Shown here one piece after another: positions 11,019 to 21,417 of a stretch of 64,000 nucleotides of DNA (positions within the stretch are counted from its first letter, which is position 1; each line of letters begins with the position of its first letter). Source of the stretch: Nitrosopumilus sp. GTDB taxonomy: Archaea; Thermoproteota; Nitrososphaeria; Nitrososphaerales; Nitrosopumilaceae. The stretch covers positions 416,001 to 480,000 of the forward strand of contig OZ244732.1 of assembly GCA_965219345.1 (NCBI GenBank). The letters are read 5' to 3'. The notes below the pieces were generated by a model. The model saw only the letters and a list, made by a program, of their open reading frames with translations. It was not told the DNA's origin and searched no databases. The position numbers and the translations under genes were made by a program.

Positions 11019-11954
11019 CTACCTCTCATGCGTATCCATCCCGTCCGAATTGGTCCCTAACCCGTCAAGCGAGTCTCTGATGCACTCCACGTAGCTCTCA
11101 GGAGTTCCTACGTCTATCCTCCTCTCTCCCGTTTCCAACTCCACTGCAACACACTTGCCGTTTGCAACTAGTGACTTTATTGCATCAGTAAGCTGGATCT
11201 CCTCATTCCTGTCGGGTTTGGTTCTTTTCAACTCGTCAAATATCGAAGGTTTGAAGATGTATGTGGCAATGACTGCCAAGTTAGTCTTGGGCCGCCTTGG
11301 TTTCTCCTCCAAGTGCTCCACCCTGAAAAGCCCATCTCCGATACTCTTTCCCTCGATGACTCCATATCGTTCTGGTTTCTCTACCCTGTCTACGAGAAGT
11401 ACAAGATCTGCTCCGTTTGAGAAGAACGCATCTTCCAGCCTCCGCATGTGGCTGTTCCCGGGTGACAGGATTACATCGTCTCCTGCCTGAAGCAAAAAGT
11501 TGTCCTTTTCTGCAAAGATCTTCGCCTTCAGAACCGCATCACCAAATCCACGTGGCTATGACTGTTGCACGTACATGATATGACTGGAGCGTATCTTTTT
11601 GTAAAAGTCTTGCAAGTCGATATTTGTCGAGTACTTGACAGAGTTGTCTATCAGAAAATAATCCTCAATGGATCTCTTGCCACGGCCGACGACGAAACAG
11701 AACTTGCGGCAGCCGTGGTCGTACAAGGACTCGTACACTACCTCAAGAATCGGTTTGAGGATGAGACGGCCATCCTTCGTTTTTGCGCAATATGGCAGCA
11801 GCATCTCTTTTGGAGTTTCCTTACTAAATGGCAAGAGTCTGCTCCCACTTCCTGCCGCGGTAATTACCGCCTTTCCTATCTTTCCCACTATTCTTGGTTT
11901 ATTGTCCCCTTTAACATATTTTGTCTTTATGCTGTGGGTTGTTATTTTGTACAA
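11019..11954 (-). pseudogene. sugar-phosphate nucleotidyltransferase (GalU-like) with an internal stop
   Basis: KAVITAAGSGSRLLPFSKETPKEML, then TAG, then PRGFGDAVL...EEKP...EIQLTDAI...DVGTPESY. Confidence 0.85.
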
Positions 11955-12110
11955 AAAGTAATTTACTACGTACCCACGGAGACAAAACGACTGAGAAATG
12001 GCACCAATCTCTGAACTTGTGTTTGGCTCGCGTCAAATTGACAGAACTTGTCAAACAAATGCATTATATAAAAGACAATGAGATTCCGCATTACGGGTAT
12101 GCATCCAAAC

Positions 12111-12980
12111 ATGATTAAATGGAGTGCCTTTATGATGGCACGCAATGAAGAGGGAATGGTAACGGATGCCGTCTCCTGTCTACGAAACCAAACAGTACCC
12201 CCGACTCGCATCCATGTACTCAATGACGGTTCTACTGATTCCACTGGTCGGATATTGGAGAATATGAATGACGTGACAGTCACGTGTGCTCCGCCGCATC
12301 CACCTCAACATTCAGATCTTCTCTACATATTACGTAGACATAAACTCATGCGTGAAGCTGCCAAAGGCATGGATTACGTGCTGTGCATGGATGCCGATAC
12401 AGAAATTCCGTCTGATTACGTGGAACGGATCATAGAGAGAATGAGACTGGATAATGTCGTCGTAGCATGTGGCATGGATGCTGCAGCACCCAAAACTTCC
12501 CCAATTGAGCCAGGAATGGTAATTGACGTAAAATGGCTCAACACCCATCCCAAGTTACCTCCATACGCACTGTCGTTTCTTACAGCTGAATCGGTAATAG
12601 ACGGACATCCGTCCATAGTATACACTACTACGCCACTACGATACAAAAGAAAGTTTGGAGTCAATTACAAGCCAAACGTATGGAGGCTTCGAGGCGTACA
12701 AATCAGTATGCACGGGTTGGCATTTTGGTGGGTGGTATTGTTTACTTTATATCGTTGGAGATGGTCCAATTTTTGGGGGTATGTTTTGTACAAGGGCGAC
12801 AAGCTGTCAAAACAACATAGTCAATATACAAATAGGATTTTTATGGCCCGTGCCAAGAGAAAAATTGGGTTAAGTCAACAAGCACTATTGACAACGGAAG
12901 TTGGACTGTTCATACTCCCTAAAGACTACGCCAAAAACCATTCACTTCCTCCTATAGCGACATGCAAAAGCTCGCGTTAG
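12111..12980 (+). CDS. GT2-family glycosyltransferase
   Basis: ARNEE, LNDGSTD, MDAD; the ORF extends to 12078 but the likely start is 12111. Confidence 0.85.
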   Translation: MIKWSAFMMARNEEGMVTDAVSCLRNQTVPPTRIHVLNDGSTDSTGRILENMNDVTVTCAPPHPPQHSDLLYILRRHKLMREAAKGMDYVLCMDADTEIPSDYVERIIERMRLDNVVVACGMDAAAPKTSPIEPGMVIDVKWLNTHPKLPPYALSFLTAESVIDGHPSIVYTTTPLRYKRKFGVNYKPNVWRLRGVQISMHGLAFWWVVLFTLYRWRWSNFWGYVLYKGDKLSKQHSQYTNRIFMARAKRKIGLSQQALLTTEVGLFILPKDYAKNHSLPPIATCKSSR

Positions 12981-13023
12981 GTTAATCGAAAAATTTGTAG
13001 ATTAGATCCCAACTCATGGCTGC

Positions 13024-13185
13024 ATGGACGCCATAAAGTGGGAAGAACTTGAAAAGACGTGCAAAAAGATTCACAGGATCGGGCTATAATGGTTGCCGTC
13101 CGCATGGTACGCGTGCTTCATGTCAGTAGATGCGACTGCAAGCCTTCAGGTACGCTGTCCCACGTGAGTCCGTGATTGGCTGTGC
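13024..13185 (+). mobile_element. degenerate N-terminal remnant of an IS630-family transposase
   Basis: MDAIKWEELEKTCKK...MVAVRMVRV...QVRCPT resembles the N-terminus of the IS630 transposase at 49942-50949. Confidence 0.55.
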
Positions 13186-13361
13186 CATTAGAACTCATGC
13201 GTATTCCCCCAATATCTGCCGGAGCCGGCCGCTGCGGCAATAAGATTTTGCAGGCTTGAAGAAAAAATCAATTTCAGTGAAATGGATCTGAAGCATGCTG
13301 CGGTATTTTTTGCACCGATGGAGCGAGTGCGTGCGCAGCACTGCAGCGCGGCTGTGCGCCC

Positions 13362-13467
13362 CGAACAATGCCTATTTTACGGTAGCCATTGAGCTGGGTC
13401 GGGTTTTGGTTTTGTTAACATCCACGACATCAAACGAACAATGCCTATTTTACGGTAGCCATTGAGC
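13362..13467. repeat. 33-bp direct repeat with a 40-bp spacer
   Basis: cgaacaatgcctattttacggtagccattgagc at 13362-13394 and 13435-13467. Confidence 0.9.
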
Positions 13468-13469
13468 GG

Positions 13470-14700
13470 GCCCGTTCCCAGTCGACTGACGTCTTCCACT
13501 CTCCCGGAGGGAGGGCCTCCTTGCGCACGTGGTCCCACAGCAGGTGCAGGTTTACAAGCCCAGTTATCACGTTAAACTACCTGTTGAACCGGGCCGCCGT
13601 CCCGTCGTAGGAGTCTGCGATGCGGTCGTAGCGCTTGAGCCTTCCTATGGAATGCTCTACCAGCACCCGCTCCGAGTTGATCCTGCTGTTGTGCTCCCTC
13701 TGCTCCCGCGTCAGGGGGGATTTTTTCGTCCTCTTGTACGGGATCATCGGGGCGGTGCCCAGAAGGTGGTCCGTGATTCCTTGGAGGCCGCGGTCGCAGA
13801 AGATGCGGTTTCGTTTCCCCTCCGGCCTGTCGGCGTCATGCATCGCCTCCTCCCACTTTCCAAACGGCATGGGGCACTCCTTGAGCAGCGTGATGTCGCC
13901 GACAGACCCCACCGTGCTCTCAGATATCCCGATTATCACCCCGTCCCTGTTGGTGTACACGTTGATGTTATTGGTAAACCTCTTCTTCTTGCCTGAATAC
14001 TTTATGCGCCTGAGCGTCTTCTCGGAGGGGCGCTACACGGGACAGTGCGTGCCGTCAAGGAAGATGTCTCCCCCGCCCTGCCCGGGGACTCCTCTTGAAC
14101 TCTTCCTGGGTCGCGGCGCCGGCTATCTCCTCGGATATCTTGGCGGCCGTCGGGAGCGTCTCTGCCAGCATCCTGTCCATCACCCGCAGGTACCGGGACA
14201 CGATGGTTTGGTCTATCCCGAAGAACGCGGCGAGCACCCCCTGCGGGGTTGTCCTTCTTGTGGACGAGCGCCATGAGCAGCGCGTGCCTCAGGTACAGCT
14301 TGCATCTGTTGTCCGGGTCTGAGGCCCTGCACTCGTCGTCGCGGAACAGCGGCATCTGGCCGGAATCCCTCAGGAACCTTTCTGCTCGCTCCAGCATGTA
14401 CCGGAACTTGGGGCCGTCTGCCAGCGTGGCCTGGCGGAGCTTGTCCCCGCCGCGGATTATGTCGTCAAGGATCTCCAGCCGGTGTAGCGCGGACCACTTG
14501 CCGGCTTCCCAGCTGCCGTCCCTGCTCTTCCACAGACTGCGCTCAAGATCCAGTTCCCTATCCTTCTGCTCCAGCGCTCTGCCTTTCTGCTGCAGCTTTT
14601 TCTCTTTCTCCTTCAGAATCTTTTTCAGATTCTTGTTTTCTTGCTGCAGCGTGTAAATCATCTGATCAGGCGAGTCAGGCATTTGATGTAGCACGCGATC
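13470..14700 (-). mobile_element. IS5-like (DDE_Tnp_4-type) element with a frameshifted transposase
   Basis: GC-rich; fragments LAAFFGIDQTIVSRYL, FLDGTH, YSGKKK, FCDRGLQG, PYKR...HNSRINSERVLVEHSIGRLKRY. Confidence 0.85.
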
Positions 14701-15077
14701 GTGTCCGATCTAAATCTATCGATCAGATAGGCGAATTACGCATATCTTCTATTACCCTCCTTGCGCTTGCAGTAGGAGACCAGGATGTCTCTGGCCTTGC
14801 CGGGGGAAGATCTTTTGATCATGCGGCAAAGAGCCCTCCTGCTCGTGCCGGGAAGAAACCTACCTCCCTTTGGAAGCCCTGCTTCATTGCGAACCGGCGC
14901 GCGTGAAGGTGTCATGCGGACGCGGGAGGTGTGCTCGGATCAAAACCTTTCGGCTAATGGACACGGGCATCTAAAAATTCAGATGGTAAATTAGCGAAAC
15001 ATTTTGGCCTCTACTACGCATAATCTCTTTTGACTATCGTCTTCTGAACGCTTTGATCGGAGCAGATAAGATTACAA

Positions 15078-15937
15078 TTACTGTGGAGGATGGTATATTC
15101 GGTTCTTGCCGTGCTCATCAAACATTCTATGTCGCTTCTGACGCTTGAATCGGCGACTGCATAAGTACGTTTCCTTCATCATCGTCCAGTACATCCGTCC
15201 CATGTCTTCTGGAACTTCTCTTCTTGCTTGAAATACTCCCTTGCAGTAATTGTATCCGTACCTAAACCCACATTTTCTTGCCACACTCACTGACTGATAA
15301 GCCGCAAAATGCAACGGCATACCCATCAGTCTGCACAATCTTCCCTGCTGATAGGCTCGGTTAATAGTACGGTTAGCTCCAAATGGTCGTGTAACTGTCA
15401 CGACACAATCATCGTCAAGGCACACAAGAATGTTCTTGCCTGTAGTTAGCGCTTTGATAGAAAGGTAAATACTCTCCCATTTTGTCTCCATGCCGTTGCT
15501 CTTGAGCCAATCATGCTTGATCATCCTAAAACCATCCCAGGGTGTGCGAACAAAATGACCGTTTACGGTTCCGCTTCCAATACTTGCGTTGTTCTCTTCT
15601 GAACGCCTCATTACTATTTCACAGTATCTTGGCGGTATCACAGTATCGGCATCGCCCATGTATATCCAGTCAACTGGATCGTAGCGGATATACGCAAGAC
15701 CCACATTTCTTACTTGACCTAGTGTATTTGAGAAAACCTCCCTTCCTTGTTATGATGCGGAATGCGCTTAACAAAAACTGGCATTTTATCTAATATTTCA
15801 GGTGTTGAATCGGTTGAGCCATCATCAACCACCACTATTCTGTATGGCCTTATGGACTGGTTCAGGATTGATTCTATCGTCTTTCTGATGTGCTTCTCTT
15901 CGTTTCTGGCTATTATGACCGCACTATATTTTGGCAT
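15078..15937 (-). pseudogene. GT2-family glycosyltransferase, frameshifted
   Basis: MPKYSAVIIARNEE...VDDGSTD fragment, followed in another frame by the WIYMGDAD fragment. Confidence 0.8.
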
Positions 15938-15952
15938 TCTCCCCCCCCCCAC

Positions 15953-16045
15953 AAACCTTTCTCATGATGTGGATAACCCGGGATTTGCAACTTTGCAAGA
16001 TTTGAAGCAGTTCTACCAAAACCTTTCTCATGATGTGGATAACCC
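15953..16045. repeat. 27-bp direct repeat with a 39-bp spacer
   Basis: aaacctttctcatgatgtggataaccc at 15953-15979 and 16019-16045. Confidence 0.9.
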
Positions 16046-16126
16046 TAGTTTGTTGCATAACTTGGATTCTAGGCACGAAATTTATCCAACTTTTGACTGG
16101 ATTAGGCGTGTTATGCAACAAACTAG
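16045..16126. mobile_element. 82-bp MITE
   Basis: Perfect 17-bp terminal inverted repeats (ctagtttgttgcataac / gttatgcaacaaactag) flanked by a 6-bp ataacc duplication. Confidence 0.8.
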
Positions 16127-16170
16127 ATAACCCGCAAAGTTGTTAATATATCCTATCACAAGTGTAGTAG

Positions 16171-16524
16171 ATGGAACAGTTGCTCCAAGATCTGGATTTT
16201 ATCCCCACCCACTTTAGGAACAATTCATATCTTGCTAGAGGCGTTTATGCTGATCAGGTGGAACGCTGGCTTAGATACTATGACAGGGATCAATTTCTGT
16301 TTTTGACCTCTGAAGATTTTGCTAAAAACCCACAGCAAACTCTGAATCGATTTTTTGATTTTGTGGGTGCTCGCCCATTCCAGGTAAAAAATCTAACGAA
16401 TCGCAACATTGGAACTTACGAAAAGATGAATAAGGATACGCGTCAATTCCTTGTCGATTATTTTAAACCACATAACAGGAGATTGCGTAAGCTGATCCAG
16501 TGTGATTTTAATTGGGATGTATGA
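16171..16524 (+). pseudogene. C-terminal half of a sulfotransferase
   Basis: YLARGVYADQVERWLRYY...YFKPHNRRL...FNWD matches the C-terminus of 18922-19818; the PAPS-binding N-terminus is missing. Confidence 0.8.
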
Positions 16525-17417
16525 TGTCTGACAATTCCTACACATCCTCACACAGCTCCGCACAATCCTCAAGGATTGTGAACTGGAACGCTTTCTTGAT
16601 GGCCCACAACGAAGAGCGTTACATATCTGCTACCGTTCAGTCCCTTTTATCGCAGTCTATCCCGCCAAAAAAAATATTCATAGTTGATGACGGATCAACA
16701 GATAACACATCAGAGATACTTGATTCCATGATGATGCAAGATGCAACAATCCAAACAGACACATTACCAGCCCATAAATCTGATCTGTCATCTCTGGATT
16801 TTTGGGCAAAACGCACTCACCTTATGATGGACGCATCACAGCAAGAAGCTCCTGATTATGTCATATCTCTTGATGCTGATACAGTCTTGTCTCCCAAATA
16901 CGCAGAATCGATAACTGCCCGTATGCGTCAAGATGATGTGATGGTGGCAGCCGGGGACGATCCTGCAGAACCCCGTTTCTTACCCGGAGAATCTGGACTG
17001 GTGATTAATTGTGCATGGCTTCGTTCTGTACCTGCAATATCACTCCCAGCTAAAATCATAGTTGCATACTCGGTACTGGATGGTCACCGTTCAATAGTGT
17101 ATCGTACAACTGAACAGGCACAGCGCCAAAGACCGACAGGGTTTATCTACAACCCTGCCTCTTATTACAACAGAGGAATGATACTAAAATGGCAGGGATA
17201 CCCTTGGTATTTTGCATTGTACAAGACGCTCCGAATCAAGCAGATGTCACTATTTCAAGGCTATCTGTCATACAAAAAAGAACAGTTACCATATCGCATC
17301 CAACAATGGTTTTGGAAGCTCCAGCAGGAGAGCTTTAAACAACTATTACACATAAAACCAAATATGTTCCAACCAACTAACATTGGAACATACATACTGC
17401 CAGACAGACGGTTTTAA
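16521..17417 (+). CDS. GT2-family glycosyltransferase, paralog of 12111-12980
   Basis: AHNEE, VDDGSTD, SLDAD. Confidence 0.85.
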   Translation: MMSDNSYTSSHSSAQSSRIVNWNAFLMAHNEERYISATVQSLLSQSIPPKKIFIVDDGSTDNTSEILDSMMMQDATIQTDTLPAHKSDLSSLDFWAKRTHLMMDASQQEAPDYVISLDADTVLSPKYAESITARMRQDDVMVAAGDDPAEPRFLPGESGLVINCAWLRSVPAISLPAKIIVAYSVLDGHRSIVYRTTEQAQRQRPTGFIYNPASYYNRGMILKWQGYPWYFALYKTLRIKQMSLFQGYLSYKKEQLPYRIQQWFWKLQQESFKQLLHIKPNMFQPTNIGTYILPDRRF

Positions 17418-17607
17418 ACCATCAGTTCAGACATTAGAGCATATGCACAATCCCACATAATTTTTAATTTGGGCAGAACACCTGAATTAAGTCCTAATTC
17501 ATACCTGATATAATGATAGCAATTTTCAAATTTTTACAATGAAATCAAAAGAAGATGTAATTTTTGATAGTAATAGAAAATAGATTATTTAACTACCACT
17601 TCAACTA

Positions 17608-18857
17608 ATGCATATGATCTCAGAAATTTTTTTACATGTTGGGCTCCATAAAACTGCAACTTCAAGCATCCAAGATACATTATTTTTAAGAAAAAATTCA
17701 GAGTTTTTAGAAGACAATGACTATCTTTATCCAAAATATTTGTCTGCAGATCACTCCTTACTCTACAGCAATTTTTGTGACCATCCAGAAAAATGGCGTA
17801 CGAATATAATACGTGGGTATGATAATGAGGAAGTTAAAAAATAAATGAACAATATTTGCACAATATTGAAAAAGACATTAAAGAAACCATACGATCTAAA
17901 CTAATTATTTCTGCCGAAAATATTTCATTTTTGACAGTGGATAATTTATTAAATTTACGAAATTATTTTTTATCAATATGTGGCAAACAAGTTAAATTTA
18001 ATATTATAATATTTGTTAGAAATCCAATTTCATTAGTAACAAGTAATATTCAACAAAAGGTCAAAAGTATCTACACTGAACAAGTAGCATTAAAAATTAT
18101 GATGAAAAAAAGTCTCAGTTTGTTTCAGGTAAAAATCCAAAAGTTTACCAAAGTATTTGGAAGCCAATATGTAAAAGTCTACAGTTTTGAAGAAGCAATT
18201 AAACATGAATTTGGCCCTGTTGGTTATTTCTTAGCTTTACTAAATATAGATAATAATGAAATTAGTAGATTTCACTATAAAAGATCTAATGAAGGATTAT
18301 CAATGTTTTCAGTAAAATTTCTGTCATACGTAAATATGAAAATGCCTCGAATAATAGATGGAAAACTACAGAAAAATAGAGCTCATGGTGATATTGGACA
18401 ATTTATTGATTATATGGGAGGGGGTCATAAATATGACATTTCTTATACTGATAAGATGACAATAATTGAAAATAGTCGTCATGATGTTGACTGGCTAAGA
18501 AAAAATTATGGAATAGACTATTCATCTCCAAGCTTTAGCAAAAATCAAAATAACATTGAGATTACAGAAAAAACTATTCATGATTTAAAAAATACATTTC
18601 AAAATATGTCACGTCCTTTCAGACTTTTATTGATAGAATTTTTACAACTATATGCGGATTCTGTAGATGATGAAAAAAACAAAATATCTATTTTGAATCT
18701 AATTCATGATCTGAAAAAATATAGAATTAACTGGAAAATAATTCATAAAACAGATTTTGAAAAAACAGGTTTAAAAATAATATCAAAAATTCTACCAAGA
18801 TCTACAACAAATAAAATAGTTGCTTTTTATGTGAATAAGATTAGTGGAGCCAGATAA
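17608..18857 (+). pseudogene. sulfotransferase-like P-loop protein, frameshifted near 17840
   Basis: FLHVGLHKTATSSIQ N-terminal piece; LIISAE and IIIFVRNP in the second frame; the break is at an A-run. Confidence 0.7.
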
Positions 18858-18921
18858 TCAAGGAAGCAAGGGCAAAAAATGCCTTGATTAGGATTTAATT
18901 TATTTTGATTATAGATTATAT

Positions 18922-19818
18922 TTAATCCCAATTAAAATCACGGTTGAGGAATTTTGAAAGCTGTTTGTTATAGGGCTTAAAAAATTCAGTTAATTCATTT
19001 CGAGTATTTTCTTTCATAGGTTCATAATAACCTACATTTTTTCGTGATTTTGGATTATTTATGTAATCAATGATTTCTTGATTAGGTTTTGAAATTCCAA
19101 GAAAATTACACACTTTTTCATATTCGGAAACAGGGTTTTTAGAGAAATCACCACTATTAATAATTAACAAATTTTCATTTGGAAATATTTCATACCATCT
19201 ATTAACATCTTCAATATATTTTCCAAATCGAATATAAGGATAATAAAAAGCATGATAAAGTGAAGATTCTCTCAAAGACAGTTGTTGTTTAAATTGTTCA
19301 ATTCTTTTTGATTCTTCTTTAATGGCTTCTTCAAATGTAAGATTTTCTTGTTTTTTTCTTACTCTCATTTGATAATGAGAATATGCTCTATCAACAGGAT
19401 TACGTAGAATGATAATGATTTTGATATTAGGTAAAAGATGATGTATTGTTTGAGCACACCTAGGTACAGAAAAATATGTTGGGGAATTATCAAAAGTTTT
19501 GAATTGTTTATCCTTCCCCCCCCCCCATTTCCAATTACCCATATGACCCTTATACCAAAATTTAGAATGAAATGGTTGAAAATCAAAATATTTTACTTCT
19601 TTTAGTTTAGGAGGATTAATTTCAGGATGCATTTTAAGATAATGAAATAATGTTGAAGTACCACATTTCATTTGTCCAACAACCATAAAATCAGGGAATT
19701 TTTTTAGCAACCCTGGAATTGCGCGGTAAAAAGATTTGTATTCAAATGGATTAAGTTTTGGATGAGACAAGAGAAAATGTCTTATTTGAGTTCGAGTCTT
19801 ACTTCTTTCCTTGAACAT
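18922..19818 (-). CDS. sulfotransferase (heparan sulfate 3-O-sulfotransferase-like fold)
   Basis: PDFMVVGQMKCGTSTL, KEVKYFD, SPTY, LRNPVDRAYSHY. Confidence 0.9.
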   Translation of the reverse strand: MFKERSKTRTQIRHFLLSHPKLNPFEYKSFYRAIPGLLKKFPDFMVVGQMKCGTSTLFHYLKMHPEINPPKLKEVKYFDFQPFHSKFWYKGHMGNWKWGGGKDKQFKTFDNSPTYFSVPRCAQTIHHLLPNIKIIIILRNPVDRAYSHYQMRVRKKQENLTFEEAIKEESKRIEQFKQQLSLRESSLYHAFYYPYIRFGKYIEDVNRWYEIFPNENLLIINSGDFSKNPVSEYEKVCNFLGISKPNQEIIDYINNPKSRKNVGYYEPMKENTRNELTEFFKPYNKQLSKFLNRDFNWD

Positions 19819-19853
19819 TTTCCAACATCCAATTATATTTAGTATTATAATAA

Positions 19854-21338
19854 CTAAGTTTTCAATTCCTTGATAATTTTAGAAATTAAAAGCCTTGTTT
19901 TTTTATCTATCATGTAAATTATTCCCACATAAACCACAGCACAAATAATCATTTGAAGAAGTAATCTTGGGAAGAAATCATATATGCTTATTTCATATTG
20001 AATAATAAAATCAGAAGTTAGAAAATAAACAATTACAAATGCCAATGTAGATAGACTATATTTGGAAATTTCAATAATAGGAAAAGAAAATTTGACTTGT
20101 TTTCGTACCTGAATCGACCAAAAGATTACAAATGGAATTTCTGTAATAATAGCAGTAATTCCCCACCACATAACAAATTCTTTTTCATTACTGAAAGCAA
20201 ATAGGATTAATCCACTAATTAGTATAACAAGATAAGAGACATTCTTAATCATTCGAATTGTAGAGATTGTAAAAAGATTACTTTTGATTAGATCTCCAAG
20301 TTTGAAATTTTCATTGGTGTCAACACTTTCAATTCCTTTAAGAGTTATTTGAAAAATGGAGTTTGGAATTGTCAGAAAGGCATGAATTGAAAAAACAACA
20401 ACTAAGAGATATCCATCTTGGTAAAGGGGATTTAAAGCAAAAAGTGCAGGTTTGGCGAAAATAACACTTGATGCAAATAGAGGAATTGCCATAAACATTG
20501 TTAAGGCAAAATTCTCTTTAATATAATCAGATTTGCCTCCACCTAAAAGTTTTGGATAAAGGCCCTGATTAATAAGATTGGAATTTCTAATAACTTTAGA
20601 AATAACTAAGGCAACATGATAATACGCCAATCCAATTACTGAATTAGTAAGTAAAAGAAATACTACAACATCTATTTTTCTAATGTATTGTGGAAGAATT
20701 TCATATCCTACTATCCAAGAATGTTTTAACCAATTTTTTAGAACATCGAAACTAAATTGATTTTTAAGTTTAGGTCTAGCAAAATATAATTGAACTGCTA
20801 TCATGATGAAATTTGCAAATAATACTGTTAGAATTACTCCTTGAACATTTAGATCTGCCAAAATAACAAAAACAAGTGCAATTGGAGTTTTGACTAATTC
20901 ATAAATTATATTTCCATAACTGGTGACTTGAGGTCTATGTGCAGAGTTGATTCCTTTGAGAGTCTTACTTAGATAAAAAGTAGGCAATAATAGTACTCCT
21001 AACATTAAGATGGATTTATCAACGCTACTAGTTTCAGAAATTAAAGATACATAGATAATGTAAACTGGAATAAGCCCTATTGAAAAAATCATACTGGAAC
21101 TAATTGAAGTTTTTCCAACTTCTTTTTTTCTTGCAATTTGTCTTATGGACCAGTACGAAACCAGGGCTTCTGAGATCAGAAAATATGATAAAATGCTACC
21201 AATTAATGTCCAGATTCCCAATTCTTCGGGAGCAAGTCGTCTTGTAATGATAATTACAAAAAACATACCAGTAAGAACACTTGCTAAACCTACACAAGCA
21301 GCAATAAAACCAGAATAAGTAACACGGATATTGCTCAT
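19854..21338 (-). CDS. polysaccharide flippase/exporter (MOP superfamily)
   Basis: About 12-14 TM segments, ITRRLAPEELGIW; located in the glycan locus. Confidence 0.8.
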   Translation of the reverse strand: MSNIRVTYSGFIAACVGLASVLTGMFFVIIITRRLAPEELGIWTLIGSILSYFLISEALVSYWSIRQIARKKEVGKTSISSSMIFSIGLIPVYIIYVSLISETSSVDKSILMLGVLLLPTFYLSKTLKGINSAHRPQVTSYGNIIYELVKTPIALVFVILADLNVQGVILTVLFANFIMIAVQLYFARPKLKNQFSFDVLKNWLKHSWIVGYEILPQYIRKIDVVVFLLLTNSVIGLAYYHVALVISKVIRNSNLINQGLYPKLLGGGKSDYIKENFALTMFMAIPLFASSVIFAKPALFALNPLYQDGYLLVVVFSIHAFLTIPNSIFQITLKGIESVDTNENFKLGDLIKSNLFTISTIRMIKNVSYLVILISGLILFAFSNEKEFVMWWGITAIITEIPFVIFWSIQVRKQVKFSFPIIEISKYSLSTLAFVIVYFLTSDFIIQYEISIYDFFPRLLLQMIICAVVYVGIIYMIDKKTRLLISKIIKELKT

Positions 21339-21417
21339 TTAGATTAATTTTATTTAATCCCTATAAAAATACCGTAAATCTACATGAGCTACGTGATTTA
21401 ACAGATAGTAAAAGGGA

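Noticed and set aside
13529-14656. Long plus-strand ORFs over the IS elements (also 24078-24671, 47805-48548, 50108-50971)
   Set aside because: They are antisense shadows of GC-rich transposase genes.
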